A stretch of DNA of 52,827 nucleotides from NCBI GenBank assembly GCA_043814985.1, contig JBDRJK010000013.1, positions 1 through 52,827 of the forward strand. Reading direction: 5' to 3'. The notes under the pieces are model-generated. The model had not been told where the DNA came from, did not search any database, and worked only from the letters and a program-made list of their open reading frames with translations. The translations under genes were made by a program, and so were the position numbers. Positions 18,013 through 26,961 of this stretch are shown here, in pieces. Source of the stretch: Candidatus Aenigmatarchaeota archaeon. Lineage in GTDB: Archaea > Aenigmatarchaeota > Aenigmatarchaeia > Aenigmatarchaeales > Aenigmatarchaeaceae. Numbering within the stretch: position 1 is the stretch's first letter; each line of letters begins with the position of its first letter.

Positions 18013-19872
18013 CTAAACGAAGGTGGGTCTCTTAGTGAGCAATCTGTTCAAAGAAAGTTTTCTGAAAGGATAATTCTTTGTATTATCTTTTATTTCTTTT
18101 GTCAGATCTTCTGGTGTCATGTTACTTACCTTCCCTGTTTCTCTTAGCCTGACTGCCAAGTTTCCAGAATCCTTTTCCTTCTGACCAACGACAACTATGT
18201 AGGGCACCCATTCCATCTCAGCGTTCCTGACCTTTTTCTGGATACTTTCTGCATTGTCATCAATATCAACTCTTATGTTATTCTTCTCTAGATTATCGGC
18301 TATACTTTCACAGTATTCCACAAAAGTATCATTTATGGGACAGAGTCTGACATGTGTTGGCGATAGCCATAATGGATATGACGGCGTCTTCTTTTTCAAT
18401 GCATCCTCGAGAATCGAGAACATCCACCTTTCTATACTACCAATTGAAGAGTGGCATATAACACATCCTTTTTCTTTTCCATCTTTGTCCACATACGTTA
18501 TGTCGTATACTTCAGAATCCTTGACATCCAATTGAACAGTGGATAGCTGACAGTTACCGCCTACTGAATCTATTCCTTGGAACTCATGTTTCACAGCCCA
18601 GTAATGTTTCATATCAGATATTGTTTCTATGAAAGCAGGAAGCTTTGAGTATTTCAGCATCTCAATAAACTTCTCCTTGTATTTTTCATAAAAGGAATCT
18701 ACAACTCTGAATATTATTGCGAATTCAATTTTTGTTCCTTTCGCAAGATCATCATATTGTTTGTATAATTCTTGATATTCGTCCCAACCTGCATCCAAGT
18801 CATAACAGAAGCAATGTATATCTGGCATGTGGAAAGCCCTAAGTCTTCTTAGACCGGAAAGTTCTCCGCTCTTTTCGCATCTGAAACTTTTCGAGAACTC
18901 GTACATCCTAAGCGGTAACTGCTTGTAACTGAATGTTGCCTTTTTTAACATCTTAAACAGGCCAAAGTCGCCTGCAAACCTCAGAACCATTTCCTTGTTT
19001 GGTTCGTCTGGACAGCTAACAGTATAGTGTCTTTCATGGAAGCTTCCACCCTGCTCTCTGATTTCCGAGTCATTCCAATCATAAAGTATTGGAGTATCGA
19101 TTTGTATGCATCCAAATCTGTTTACTGCTATTTCATATGCCCAGTCAACCAGAAGCTCGAAAAACAACAGCCCCTTTGGATAGAGTTTAAAGTTACCTAT
19201 ATCACTTTCCGGTGCATAGCCTACCAGTTCCTGTTGTTGCATCTCCTTTATTGAAGGAGGTTCTGCACCTTCTACTCCTTTGATCTCTTCTGAGAATATA
19301 TATTTGGAGAGTGCATCGTTTTTTACTTCTTTTAGAATTTTCTTCAATTTTTTCTCGTCTTTCAAATCAATCTTGTATTCCTTTCCTTCTGGTGTAAGTA
19401 TGAAGTGTCCCTTTTTAATATCTTTTACAACATCTTCTCTTGTTTTTTTAACTTCTTTTTCCCCAGTTGTTACTACTTTAGATTGTTCTGCTAATGGATG
19501 CCCCTTTATTTTTATGTTGTATTGCTTGGTCCAACCGAAGGGAGCGCGATAAGTCTCCAATTTAATTTCCTTGGCATAGTTTTCCATTTCATTCAGAACC
19601 TTCAGAGCAGTTCCTACTCCAGCTGGAGTATTACTCAGATGAACAAAGGGGTAAATCAGAATCTTGTTGCACTTTATTACTTCAAGGCTTTTCTTTACCT
19701 CATCAATTGCATTCTTTGCAATAGAAACATTATCTCCTTTCTCAACTGCAGTGAACAAGACAACTATGTTCTCGTATTTGACAGTCTTCTTTTCTGCCTC
19801 TTCTGCAGCCTTTATCTCCTTCTTGATAGGAGTATATTCAATGAAATCTGAATGATTTTGAAGTATCCTCAT
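18013..19872 (-). CDS. thrS: Threonine--tRNA ligase, archaeal type with N-terminal editing domain
   Basis: ILIYPFVHLS, RAPFGW, KGHPLAE editing domain; GLRRLRAFHMPDIH; HSSIGSIERW; C-terminal anticodon-binding domain. Confidence 0.97.
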   Translation of the reverse strand: MRILQNHSDFIEYTPIKKEIKAAEEAEKKTVKYENIVVLFTAVEKGDNVSIAKNAIDEVKKSLEVIKCNKILIYPFVHLSNTPAGVGTALKVLNEMENYAKEIKLETYRAPFGWTKQYNIKIKGHPLAEQSKVVTTGEKEVKKTREDVVKDIKKGHFILTPEGKEYKIDLKDEKKLKKILKEVKNDALSKYIFSEEIKGVEGAEPPSIKEMQQQELVGYAPESDIGNFKLYPKGLLFFELLVDWAYEIAVNRFGCIQIDTPILYDWNDSEIREQGGSFHERHYTVSCPDEPNKEMVLRFAGDFGLFKMLKKATFSYKQLPLRMYEFSKSFRCEKSGELSGLRRLRAFHMPDIHCFCYDLDAGWDEYQELYKQYDDLAKGTKIEFAIIFRVVDSFYEKYKEKFIEMLKYSKLPAFIETISDMKHYWAVKHEFQGIDSVGGNCQLSTVQLDVKDSEVYDITYVDKDGKEKGCVICHSSIGSIERWMFSILEDALKKKTPSYPLWLSPTHVRLCPINDTFVEYCESIADNLEKNNIRVDIDDNAESIQKKVRNAEMEWVPYIVVVGQKEKDSGNLAVRLRETGKVSNMTPEDLTKEIKDNTKNYPFRKLSLNRLLTKRPTFV

Positions 19873-19935
19873 AAGACCACTATAATTTATATGAATTATT
19901 AATTTATTAATTCACTTCCATCATAAAATTTAATT

Positions 19936-20229
19936 TTATTTTGCCCTGTATTTTCTCATGCTAATTTCTTCGGCTTTCTCCTCTTCTAATATTTTATATA
20001 TCTCTTCCTGCTTTTTGGAAAAATCCGCGTCATTATTAACACCACAGAAGTCTATTACGATATCATGTACGTTCCTTCTAACCTTTCTCGTGCTTATATT
20101 TACGCCGGTCATGCTTTCCAAAGAGTTGATAATCCTTTCTATTCTAGTTTCAGATGTTATTGTAGTTCTATATACATCATTGCCAGTTTTTTCATGTAAC
20201 ATTCGCGCTTCTTCTATCATAATAAACAT
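19936..20229 (-). CDS. Hypothetical protein
   Basis: 97-aa ORF, no recognisable motif. Confidence 0.5.
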   Translation of the reverse strand: MFIMIEEARMLHEKTGNDVYRTTITSETRIERIINSLESMTGVNISTRKVRRNVHDIVIDFCGVNNDADFSKKQEEIYKILEEEKAEEISMRKYRAK

Positions 20230-20277
20230 AAATTATGAAAAGCATTTAAAGAAATCGATTCTATTATTAATTCATAT

Positions 20278-20389
20278 AGCCCCGTCGTCTAGTGGTCAAG
20301 GATAACGGGCTTTGGTCATGCGACTAAAGCACTGAGCTTTTAGCTGTGAAAGAAACCCGTTGACGTAGGTTCGAATCCTACCGGGGCTA
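20278..20389 (+). tRNA. tRNA-Gln(TTG) with 39-nt canonical 37/38 intron (20316-20354)
   Basis: AGCCCCG/CGGGGCT acceptor; ACGGG-CT-TTG-G|A-CCCGT; BHB central helix CTTT/AAAG; T-loop TTCGAAT. Confidence 0.93.
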
Positions 20390-20436
20390 CTATTAATATT
20401 TAAACTTTGATTGATAATACAAAAAGAGTGATAATA

Positions 20437-20859
20437 ATGGGTCTATTTAGCGGTAGAGAGCTGAAAAAGAGAAAGAAAAAGTACAGGTGGAAGAAGACCA
20501 AGTACAAGGTCAGAACACTTAAGCTCAAGGAGAAGAGAGATCCTTTAGAGGGAGCTCCGATGGCCAAGGGCATTGTCATTGCTAAGAGAGCCATTGAGCA
20601 GAAGCAGCCCCATTCAGGATTAATTAAAGTTGTAAGAGTCCAATTGTTGAAGAACAAGAAGGAGATAACAGCCTTTGTCCCCAAGTCAGGCGGAATAGGC
20701 TTCATAAACGAGCACGACGAAGTAATAGTCGATGGACTTGGTGGATCTCAAGGAGGACCAATAGGTTCTCAGCACGGTATGAGGTGGAAGGTAATCAAGG
20801 TCAACAAGTCTGCTTTATCAGAATTACTGAAAGGCAAGAAAAAGAAAGAGGGTAAATAA
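20437..20859 (+). CDS. rps12: 30S ribosomal protein uS12
   Basis: DPLEGAPMAKGIV, KQPHSG, VRVQL, EHDEV. Confidence 0.96.
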   Translation: MGLFSGRELKKRKKKYRWKKTKYKVRTLKLKEKRDPLEGAPMAKGIVIAKRAIEQKQPHSGLIKVVRVQLLKNKKEITAFVPKSGGIGFINEHDEVIVDGLGGSQGGPIGSQHGMRWKVIKVNKSALSELLKGKKKKEGK

Positions 20860-21461
20860 TGTCTAAATTAAAACTTTTCGATAAATGGGACACAGAAGCC
20901 GTAAGTGTTGAAGATCCCGGCTTGAAGGACTACATAAATCTGAAGCCAATAATAATTCCAAGGTCATCTGGCAAGTATTCTGGAAAACAATTCCACAAAT
21001 CCAACATGCATATTGTTGAGAGACTGATGAACCATCTCTTTGTTGCAGGACATAGAGGCAAGAAGCACAGAATCTCAAGCGGAAGTAATGTTGGAAAAAC
21101 ATTCAGTGTGATGGACATACTCATTAAGACCCTTCAGAATCTGGAGAAGAAGACAAATAAAAACCCCGTCGAGGTTCTGGTCAGGGCTGTTGAGAATGCT
21201 GCATTGAGGGAAGAAGTCACATCCTTCCAGGTCGGTGGCATAATAGTCAGAAAGGCAGTCATAACTTCACCACAGAGGAGAATTGACTTGGCCTTAAGAT
21301 TAATATCACAAGGCTCCTACCAGAAGGCTTCCAAGAGCTCCAAGAAAATGAGCCAGTGCCTGGCCGAAGAGCTTCTCGCAGCCTACAATTACGACCCACA
21401 GAGCTCGCACGCCATAAGGGAAAAGGAAAGAATAGAGAGAGAAGCTGGCGGCGCTAGATAA
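20859..21461 (+). CDS. rps7: 30S ribosomal protein uS7
   Basis: KLFDKWD, NPVEVLVRAVEN, SPQRRIDLAL. Confidence 0.97.
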   Translation: MSKLKLFDKWDTEAVSVEDPGLKDYINLKPIIIPRSSGKYSGKQFHKSNMHIVERLMNHLFVAGHRGKKHRISSGSNVGKTFSVMDILIKTLQNLEKKTNKNPVEVLVRAVENAALREEVTSFQVGGIIVRKAVITSPQRRIDLALRLISQGSYQKASKSSKKMSQCLAEELLAAYNYDPQSSHAIREKERIEREAGGAR

Positions 21462-21777
21462 AATTACCTTTGGACAATTTTTCCTTGATGATTTTCTCGT
21501 CCTTCTTGATAATTCTCTCTTCCTTCTGAACGAACTTCTGTATTTTCGGTTCCTCTTTCTTGAAAATAAATTCTGATATCTCGGCTATTGCTGTGAAGAC
21601 AGTTGCTATCACAATCACTGTCGTGAGTATTACCATGTTGAACTCAACACCGGTCAAATACATGGCGCTCATGTCCTCTATGACACCGAAAGCTATAAGG
21701 AATATGAAGAAAGAGATGAATCTGACAACCCTTTTCTTGTGCTTGTGTCTTCTATGGTGAATTTTCTCCGTCTGCAT
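21454..21777 (-). CDS. Hypothetical 2-TM membrane protein
   Basis: Two hydrophobic helices, His/Lys-rich N-terminus; start MQTEK chosen. Confidence 0.7.
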   Translation of the reverse strand: MQTEKIHHRRHKHKKRVVRFISFFIFLIAFGVIEDMSAMYLTGVEFNMVILTTVIVIATVFTAIAEISEFIFKKEEPKIQKFVQKEERIIKKDEKIIKEKLSKGNFI

Positions 21778-21865
21778 AATATATATTAATTGAAGAGGCT
21801 GTATTTTAAGCTTAATAAAAAAGCTTAAATAATGTAATTTCTTATTATTCAAATCACGTGGTTAA

Positions 21866-24049
21866 ATGGTCAAAGAAGATTACTCAGAACAAATTCAAAA
21901 TTTAATGAACATACCTGATAATATCAGGAACATTGGTATTGTCAGTCATATCCACCATGGCAAGACAACACTGACAGACGTGCTTGCAGCCAAAGCAGGA
22001 TTAATAGCAGGACAATTGGTTGGGGAAAGGATGCTCACGTGGATTGATTCTCAAGAAAGGGAGAGGGTAATGACAATCTACGGTGCAACAGTCACCATGC
22101 CTCACGAGTACGAGGGCAAGAAATATCTTATAAACCTTCTTGACACGCCAGGTCACGTTGACTTTGGCTCTGATGTCACGCAGGCCATGAGAGCAGTGGA
22201 TGGAGCAGTTGTCATGGCATGCGCTATCGAGGGTGTAATGCCGCAGACAGAAAATGTTCTGAGACAGGCCTTGAAAGAAAGAGTAAAACCAATCCTATTC
22301 ATAAACAAGGTTGACAGGGCAATAAGGGAGTTGAAATTAACACCTGAGCAATTGCAAAAGAGACTGGCTAAGATAGTCATAGATGTCAACAGATTCATAC
22401 AAAGACGTGTCGAGCCCCAGTTCAGGAACGAGTGGGTTATGAAGGTCGAGGACGGCTCTGTTGGCTTTGGTTCTGCATTGAAAAAGTGGGCCATTTCAGT
22501 TCCCTTCATGGCAAAAACTGGCGTCACCTTCAAGGACATAATTGATTTGTGTTCCCAGGAAAGGGACGAGGAGCTATCAGAAAAGGCCCCAATGAACGTA
22601 GTTGTTTTGGACATGGTCATAAAGCATTTGCCTTCGCCAAAAGAAGCTCAGAAATACAGGATTAAAAAGATATGGACAGGCGATGTTGAGTCTGAAACAG
22701 GAAAGCAACTAGTGAACTGCAATTCTGATGGCAAGCTGGCAGCCGTGATAACAAAGGTCGTGTACGATCCTCATGCTGGCATGATTTCAACTGTTAGAAT
22801 ATTCTCCGGAAAAATAACAAGGGGCCAGAATATATATTTCGTTGATAGTGATAGAACCACAAAACTACAGCAAGTTACAACTTTCATTGGCTTGAAAAGA
22901 ATCCCTGTTGAATATGCTCCAGCAGGGAATGTTGTTGGTCTGGTCGGTTTGTCAGAAGCAATTGTTGGAGAGACCATAACTGATGCTGGCAATGTCATAG
23001 ACAAGTTCCAGGCAATAAAGCACATCTTCGAGCCTGTTGTTACGAAATCAATTGAACCAAAATCCCCGCAGGATTTGCCAAAGCTGATAGACATACTAAA
23101 GACACTGGGAAGGGAGGACACGACTCTAAGGGTCAAGGTGAATCCTGAGACAGGTGAGACTCTTGTATCTGGTTTAGGGGAGCTTCACCTTGATGCAAAG
23201 GTAGAGAGAAAGATAAGGGAAAAGGGCATAGAGATAGTGGTATCACCGCCGATTGTTGTTTACAGGGAAAGCGTTTTTTCAAAATCCCCTATTGTAGAGG
23301 GCAAGTCGCCGAACAAGCACAACAAGTTCTCCATCTCAGTCGAGCCTGTTCCCGTTAATATTTACAAGGCAATGATAGAAGGTGACATAAAAGACGGGGT
23401 GATAAAGGGCAAAAATGCTGAAGTCAGAAAGACGCTTGTTGAAATGGGAATGACAAAGCAGGACTCAAAGGATGTTTTGATGATTCACAATCACTGCATG
23501 CTTGTTGATTCTACAAAGGGTATACAGTACTTGAACGAGGCAATGGAGAATGTGAAGAGCGCCTTTATTGATGTTACTGAGACAGGGCCTCTGGCAAAGG
23601 AGCCCTGCGCTGCCATGATAGTGAGGCTTCATGATGCAGAGCTGCATGAGGACGCTGTTCATAGGGGTCCAGCACAGATAGTGCCTGCAATCCGTTCCCC
23701 CATTAACACGGGAATGATAAAGGCCGGTGTCAGTTTTCTTGAGCCCAGGCAGATACTGAGAATAGACACTCCTGTGGAGTACATAGGGAATGTTGTTGCT
23801 GAGACCGGCAACAGAAGGGGTGAAATAATAAACGTCGAGCAGGAAGAGTTCACGGCTATTGTGACTGCAAAGGTTCCTGTGGCAGAGATGTTCGGTTTTG
23901 AGGGAGCGATAAAGTCAGCAACAGGTGGAAAGGGATTCCAGTCCCTTATAGACGTTGTTTTTGAGAAGATACCCAATGAATTGAGGGAAAAGGTTGCATT
24001 ACAAATAAGGGAAAGAAAGGGACTGCCCAAAGATATACCCAAAGCCTGA
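21866..24049 (+). CDS. fusA: Elongation factor EF-2
   Basis: HHGKTT, DTPGHVDF, INKVDR, GLGELHL, diphthamide loop HEDAVHRG. Confidence 0.98.
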   Translation: MVKEDYSEQIQNLMNIPDNIRNIGIVSHIHHGKTTLTDVLAAKAGLIAGQLVGERMLTWIDSQERERVMTIYGATVTMPHEYEGKKYLINLLDTPGHVDFGSDVTQAMRAVDGAVVMACAIEGVMPQTENVLRQALKERVKPILFINKVDRAIRELKLTPEQLQKRLAKIVIDVNRFIQRRVEPQFRNEWVMKVEDGSVGFGSALKKWAISVPFMAKTGVTFKDIIDLCSQERDEELSEKAPMNVVVLDMVIKHLPSPKEAQKYRIKKIWTGDVESETGKQLVNCNSDGKLAAVITKVVYDPHAGMISTVRIFSGKITRGQNIYFVDSDRTTKLQQVTTFIGLKRIPVEYAPAGNVVGLVGLSEAIVGETITDAGNVIDKFQAIKHIFEPVVTKSIEPKSPQDLPKLIDILKTLGREDTTLRVKVNPETGETLVSGLGELHLDAKVERKIREKGIEIVVSPPIVVYRESVFSKSPIVEGKSPNKHNKFSISVEPVPVNIYKAMIEGDIKDGVIKGKNAEVRKTLVEMGMTKQDSKDVLMIHNHCMLVDSTKGIQYLNEAMENVKSAFIDVTETGPLAKEPCAAMIVRLHDAELHEDAVHRGPAQIVPAIRSPINTGMIKAGVSFLEPRQILRIDTPVEYIGNVVAETGNRRGEIINVEQEEFTAIVTAKVPVAEMFGFEGAIKSATGGKGFQSLIDVVFEKIPNELREKVALQIRERKGLPKDIPKA

Positions 24050-24100
24050 AATAAAGATTTAAATAGATTGCTAATGTAATAAGCTAAAAGGTGAATTATA

Positions 24101-25369
24101 ATGGCAAATAAACCACATTTGAACTTAGTAACTGTAGGTCACGTAGACCACGGTAAATCAACCTTAGTGGGTAGAATGTTATTTGATAGCGGTGCTCTAA
24201 AGCCGGAAGAACTGAGAAAATACAAAGAACTGGCAACAGAATACAAGAAAGAAACATGGGAATTCGCCTTTGCCATGGACAGGTTAAAGGAAGAAAGGCA
24301 GAGAGGAGTTACCATTGACTTAATGCATAAGAGATTTGATACTAAAAAATATTACTTTACGGTTATAGACGCACCAGGTCACAGGGACTTTGTTAAGAAC
24401 ATGATAACTGGAGCATCCCAGGCAGACGCAGCCCTTTTGGTCTGTTCTGCAAAGGATGGAGTCCAGGAACAGACAAGGGAGCACGTGTTCTTGATAAAAG
24501 TTTTGGGAGTGAGTCAAATAATTGTTGCAATAAACAAGATGGACGCAGTTGAATACGGCGAAGCCAAGTACAAAGAAACAGTGGAAAGCTTGTCAAAGCT
24601 TTTGAAGACAGTTGGATATGACACTAGCAAAATACTATTTGTTCCAACGTCTGGTTGGAAGGGCGACAATGTTTTCAACAAGTCAGAAAACATGGTTTGG
24701 TACAAGGGACCAACAATATTTGAAGGATTAGACACTTTATCTCTTCCAGAGAAGCCAATTGACAAACCTTTGAGACTTCCAGTTCAGGATGTTTACACAA
24801 TTACTGGAATCGGAACAGTTCCTGTTGGAAGAATTGAGACAGGAGTCCTAAAGGCAGGAGAAACAGTTATTTTCGAGCCATCGGGCGTATCTGGAGAAGT
24901 AAAGACAATCGAGATGCACCATGAGCAGGTAACAAAGGCAGAACCCGGAGACAATGTCGGATTCTCAGTGAGAGGTGTGAACAAGGCAGACATCAAAAGA
25001 GGTGACGTTGTAGGCCTAGCCTCAAAGCCACCAACAGTTGCAAAGGACTTCACAGCACAGATAATAGTTCTGCAACACCCGAATGTCATAACAAAGGGTT
25101 ATACACCAGTTTTCCATTGCCACACAGCGCAGGTTGCATGCAAGATAGTCGAGATTGTGAAGAAAATCGATCCAAAGACAGGCGCAACCATACAGGAGAA
25201 TCCAGACTTCATAAAGACTGGAGACGCAGCAATAATAAAGTGTGTTCCAAACAAGCCGCTTGTCATAGAAGCAACCAAGGACATACCACAATTGGCAAGG
25301 TTCGCTATCAGAGACATGGGACAAACAGTTGCAGCAGGAATATGCTTGGAAGTAACACCCGCTAAGTAA
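24101..25369 (+). CDS. tuf: Elongation factor EF-1alpha
   Basis: [31 protein letters not shown]. Confidence 0.99.
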   Translation: MANKPHLNLVTVGHVDHGKSTLVGRMLFDSGALKPEELRKYKELATEYKKETWEFAFAMDRLKEERQRGVTIDLMHKRFDTKKYYFTVIDAPGHRDFVKNMITGASQADAALLVCSAKDGVQEQTREHVFLIKVLGVSQIIVAINKMDAVEYGEAKYKETVESLSKLLKTVGYDTSKILFVPTSGWKGDNVFNKSENMVWYKGPTIFEGLDTLSLPEKPIDKPLRLPVQDVYTITGIGTVPVGRIETGVLKAGETVIFEPSGVSGEVKTIEMHHEQVTKAEPGDNVGFSVRGVNKADIKRGDVVGLASKPPTVAKDFTAQIIVLQHPNVITKGYTPVFHCHTAQVACKIVEIVKKIDPKTGATIQENPDFIKTGDAAIIKCVPNKPLVIEATKDIPQLARFAIRDMGQTVAAGICLEVTPAK

Positions 25370-25459
25370 AACTGATTTGAATTTTTAATTTAACTTTTTC
25401 TTTTATTTTGACTCAGTTTGTAATAGATATTTAAATACTTCTGCAAATAGATTAGAGAT

Positions 25460-25780
25460 ATGCAGAAGGCTAGGATAAAATTAATGAGCAGGGACCCGAG
25501 GAAACTTGAGGACGTTTGCGCAGAGCTGAAAATGATAACTGACAAGTTCGGGGTAGCCATGCACGGGCCGATTCCTTTGCCGACTAAGAAACTCAAGGTC
25601 ACTACAATGAAGACTCCCTGCGGTGACGGTACAGGTCACGGCAACACGACATGGGACAGATGGGAGATGAGGGTTCACAAGAGGGTCATTGACATTTCTT
25701 CTGACGAGAGGACCTTAAGGCAGATAATGAGAGTTACAATACCGGACGGCGTGTCCATTTCTATTCAACTGAAAGATTAA
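25460..25780 (+). CDS. rps10: 30S ribosomal protein uS10
   Basis: GPIPLPTK, TPCGDG, WEMRVHKR. Confidence 0.97.
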   Translation: MQKARIKLMSRDPRKLEDVCAELKMITDKFGVAMHGPIPLPTKKLKVTTMKTPCGDGTGHGNTTWDRWEMRVHKRVIDISSDERTLRQIMRVTIPDGVSISIQLKD

Positions 25781-26019
25781 CGCAATCTTATCAGGCTGTT
25801 TTTGTATTTAACAAACCACTTTATGAAAATACCGAATACCATTCCTAGAAACAATGTGAAGAGCATCAAGAATATAATGTTCATGAACTGTACACTCTTG
25901 TTATAGACTCCTGTTAGAAATGGTAATATTAAGAACACAATAGAGAAAAGGACCAATATGATGCAAATGTTAAACAGGAACTCTAGGAACTTTGTATCGA
26001 TTTCATACTTTGATGGCAT
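25777..26019 (-). CDS. Small hypothetical 2-TM membrane protein
   Basis: 80-aa ORF with two hydrophobic helices. Confidence 0.6.
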   Translation of the reverse strand: MPSKYEIDTKFLEFLFNICIILVLFSIVFLILPFLTGVYNKSVQFMNIIFLMLFTLFLGMVFGIFIKWFVKYKNSLIRLR

Positions 26020-26116
26020 ATAATTACTTAAATTTCAAGATATAAAAATTCCTTGAAATAATGGTAGTGCTACATAAAGGAAAATATAATAAGAAAAATA
26101 ACATAGTTCTTCATAT

Positions 26117-26815
26117 ATGAGCATAATAGAGAGAAATAGAAGGAATGTTATTTCTAGATGGAAAAAACAACATGAAAAGGAATTAGAACGGATAAAGTCT
26201 AAAAAGAATGTCAATTTCTTAAAAGCAAGAATCTGTGGTTTTTTAGTTGGTGATGGCAGTGTATATATAAGAAAAGAAAAACAATCCGGAAAGGTTCATC
26301 ATGAAATAAAGTTCTTTCCTGACCATGAATCATTGATAAAGCCTTTTATTTATGCTTTCAAAGAAGCTTACAATAAGACACCTAAGGTAATTAAAAAGAA
26401 TAATTATTATGTTATAAGGATTAATTCGAAAATAGTTATTCTTAATTTATTATCATTATGCTCTTTTAGTTCGGAAGGATGGACAATACCATCCTTTAAG
26501 GAAGTTGAATGTAAAAAAGAATGGTTAAGAGCAATGTTTGATTCAGACTCTTATGTTGGGAATGAATATGTTAGATTGAAGACAATTAACAAAAAAGGCT
26601 TGGAACATGTTAAAAAATTACTTCTTGAGTTTAAAATAAAGACATCTAGAATATATGTCTACAAGCCTAGAAATGAGAAATGGAAAACCAACTATATGCT
26701 GGATATAAGGGATAAGAAATCTCTGAAAATCTTCCTTAAAGATATAGGATTTAATCATAAGCTTAAAAAAGAAAAGTTATTAAGTTTAATTAAAAAATAT
26801 GATATGCCGAGATAG
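26117..26815 (+). CDS. Free-standing two-motif LAGLIDADG homing endonuclease-like protein
   Basis: ARICGFLVGDG and WLRAMFDSDS motifs, C-terminal IGF..K; visibly AT-rich compared with neighbours. Confidence 0.85.
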   Translation: MSIIERNRRNVISRWKKQHEKELERIKSKKNVNFLKARICGFLVGDGSVYIRKEKQSGKVHHEIKFFPDHESLIKPFIYAFKEAYNKTPKVIKKNNYYVIRINSKIVILNLLSLCSFSSEGWTIPSFKEVECKKEWLRAMFDSDSYVGNEYVRLKTINKKGLEHVKKLLLEFKIKTSRIYVYKPRNEKWKTNYMLDIRDKKSLKIFLKDIGFNHKLKKEKLLSLIKKYDMPR

Positions 26816-26827
26816 CAATGCCGAGAT
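26806..26827 (+). repeat. Tandem duplication of tRNA-Ser 5' end (GCCGAGAT x2)
   Basis: GCCGAGATAGC at 26806 (contains the LAGLIDADG stop codon) and GCCGAGATCGC at 26820. Confidence 0.75.
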
Positions 26828-26924
26828 CGCATAACCTGGTAGTGCGCTAGATTTCGTAAAAGAAAGGCGAACCTGGAAAGCTAGTTTCCGCAAGGATATG
26901 GGGGTTCAAATCCCTCTCTCGGCG
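26820..26924 (+). tRNA. tRNA-Ser(GGA) with 21-nt non-canonical 30/31 intron (26851-26871)
   Basis: GCCGAGA/TCTCGGC acceptor, G73, long variable arm TCC-GCAA-GGA. Spliced anticodon arm CTAGC-CT-GGA-AA-GCTAG. BHB central helix CGCT/GGCG. Confidence 0.92.
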
Positions 26925-26961
26925 CTCACATTTAAATTGAAGCTAATATAAAAATTAGAAT

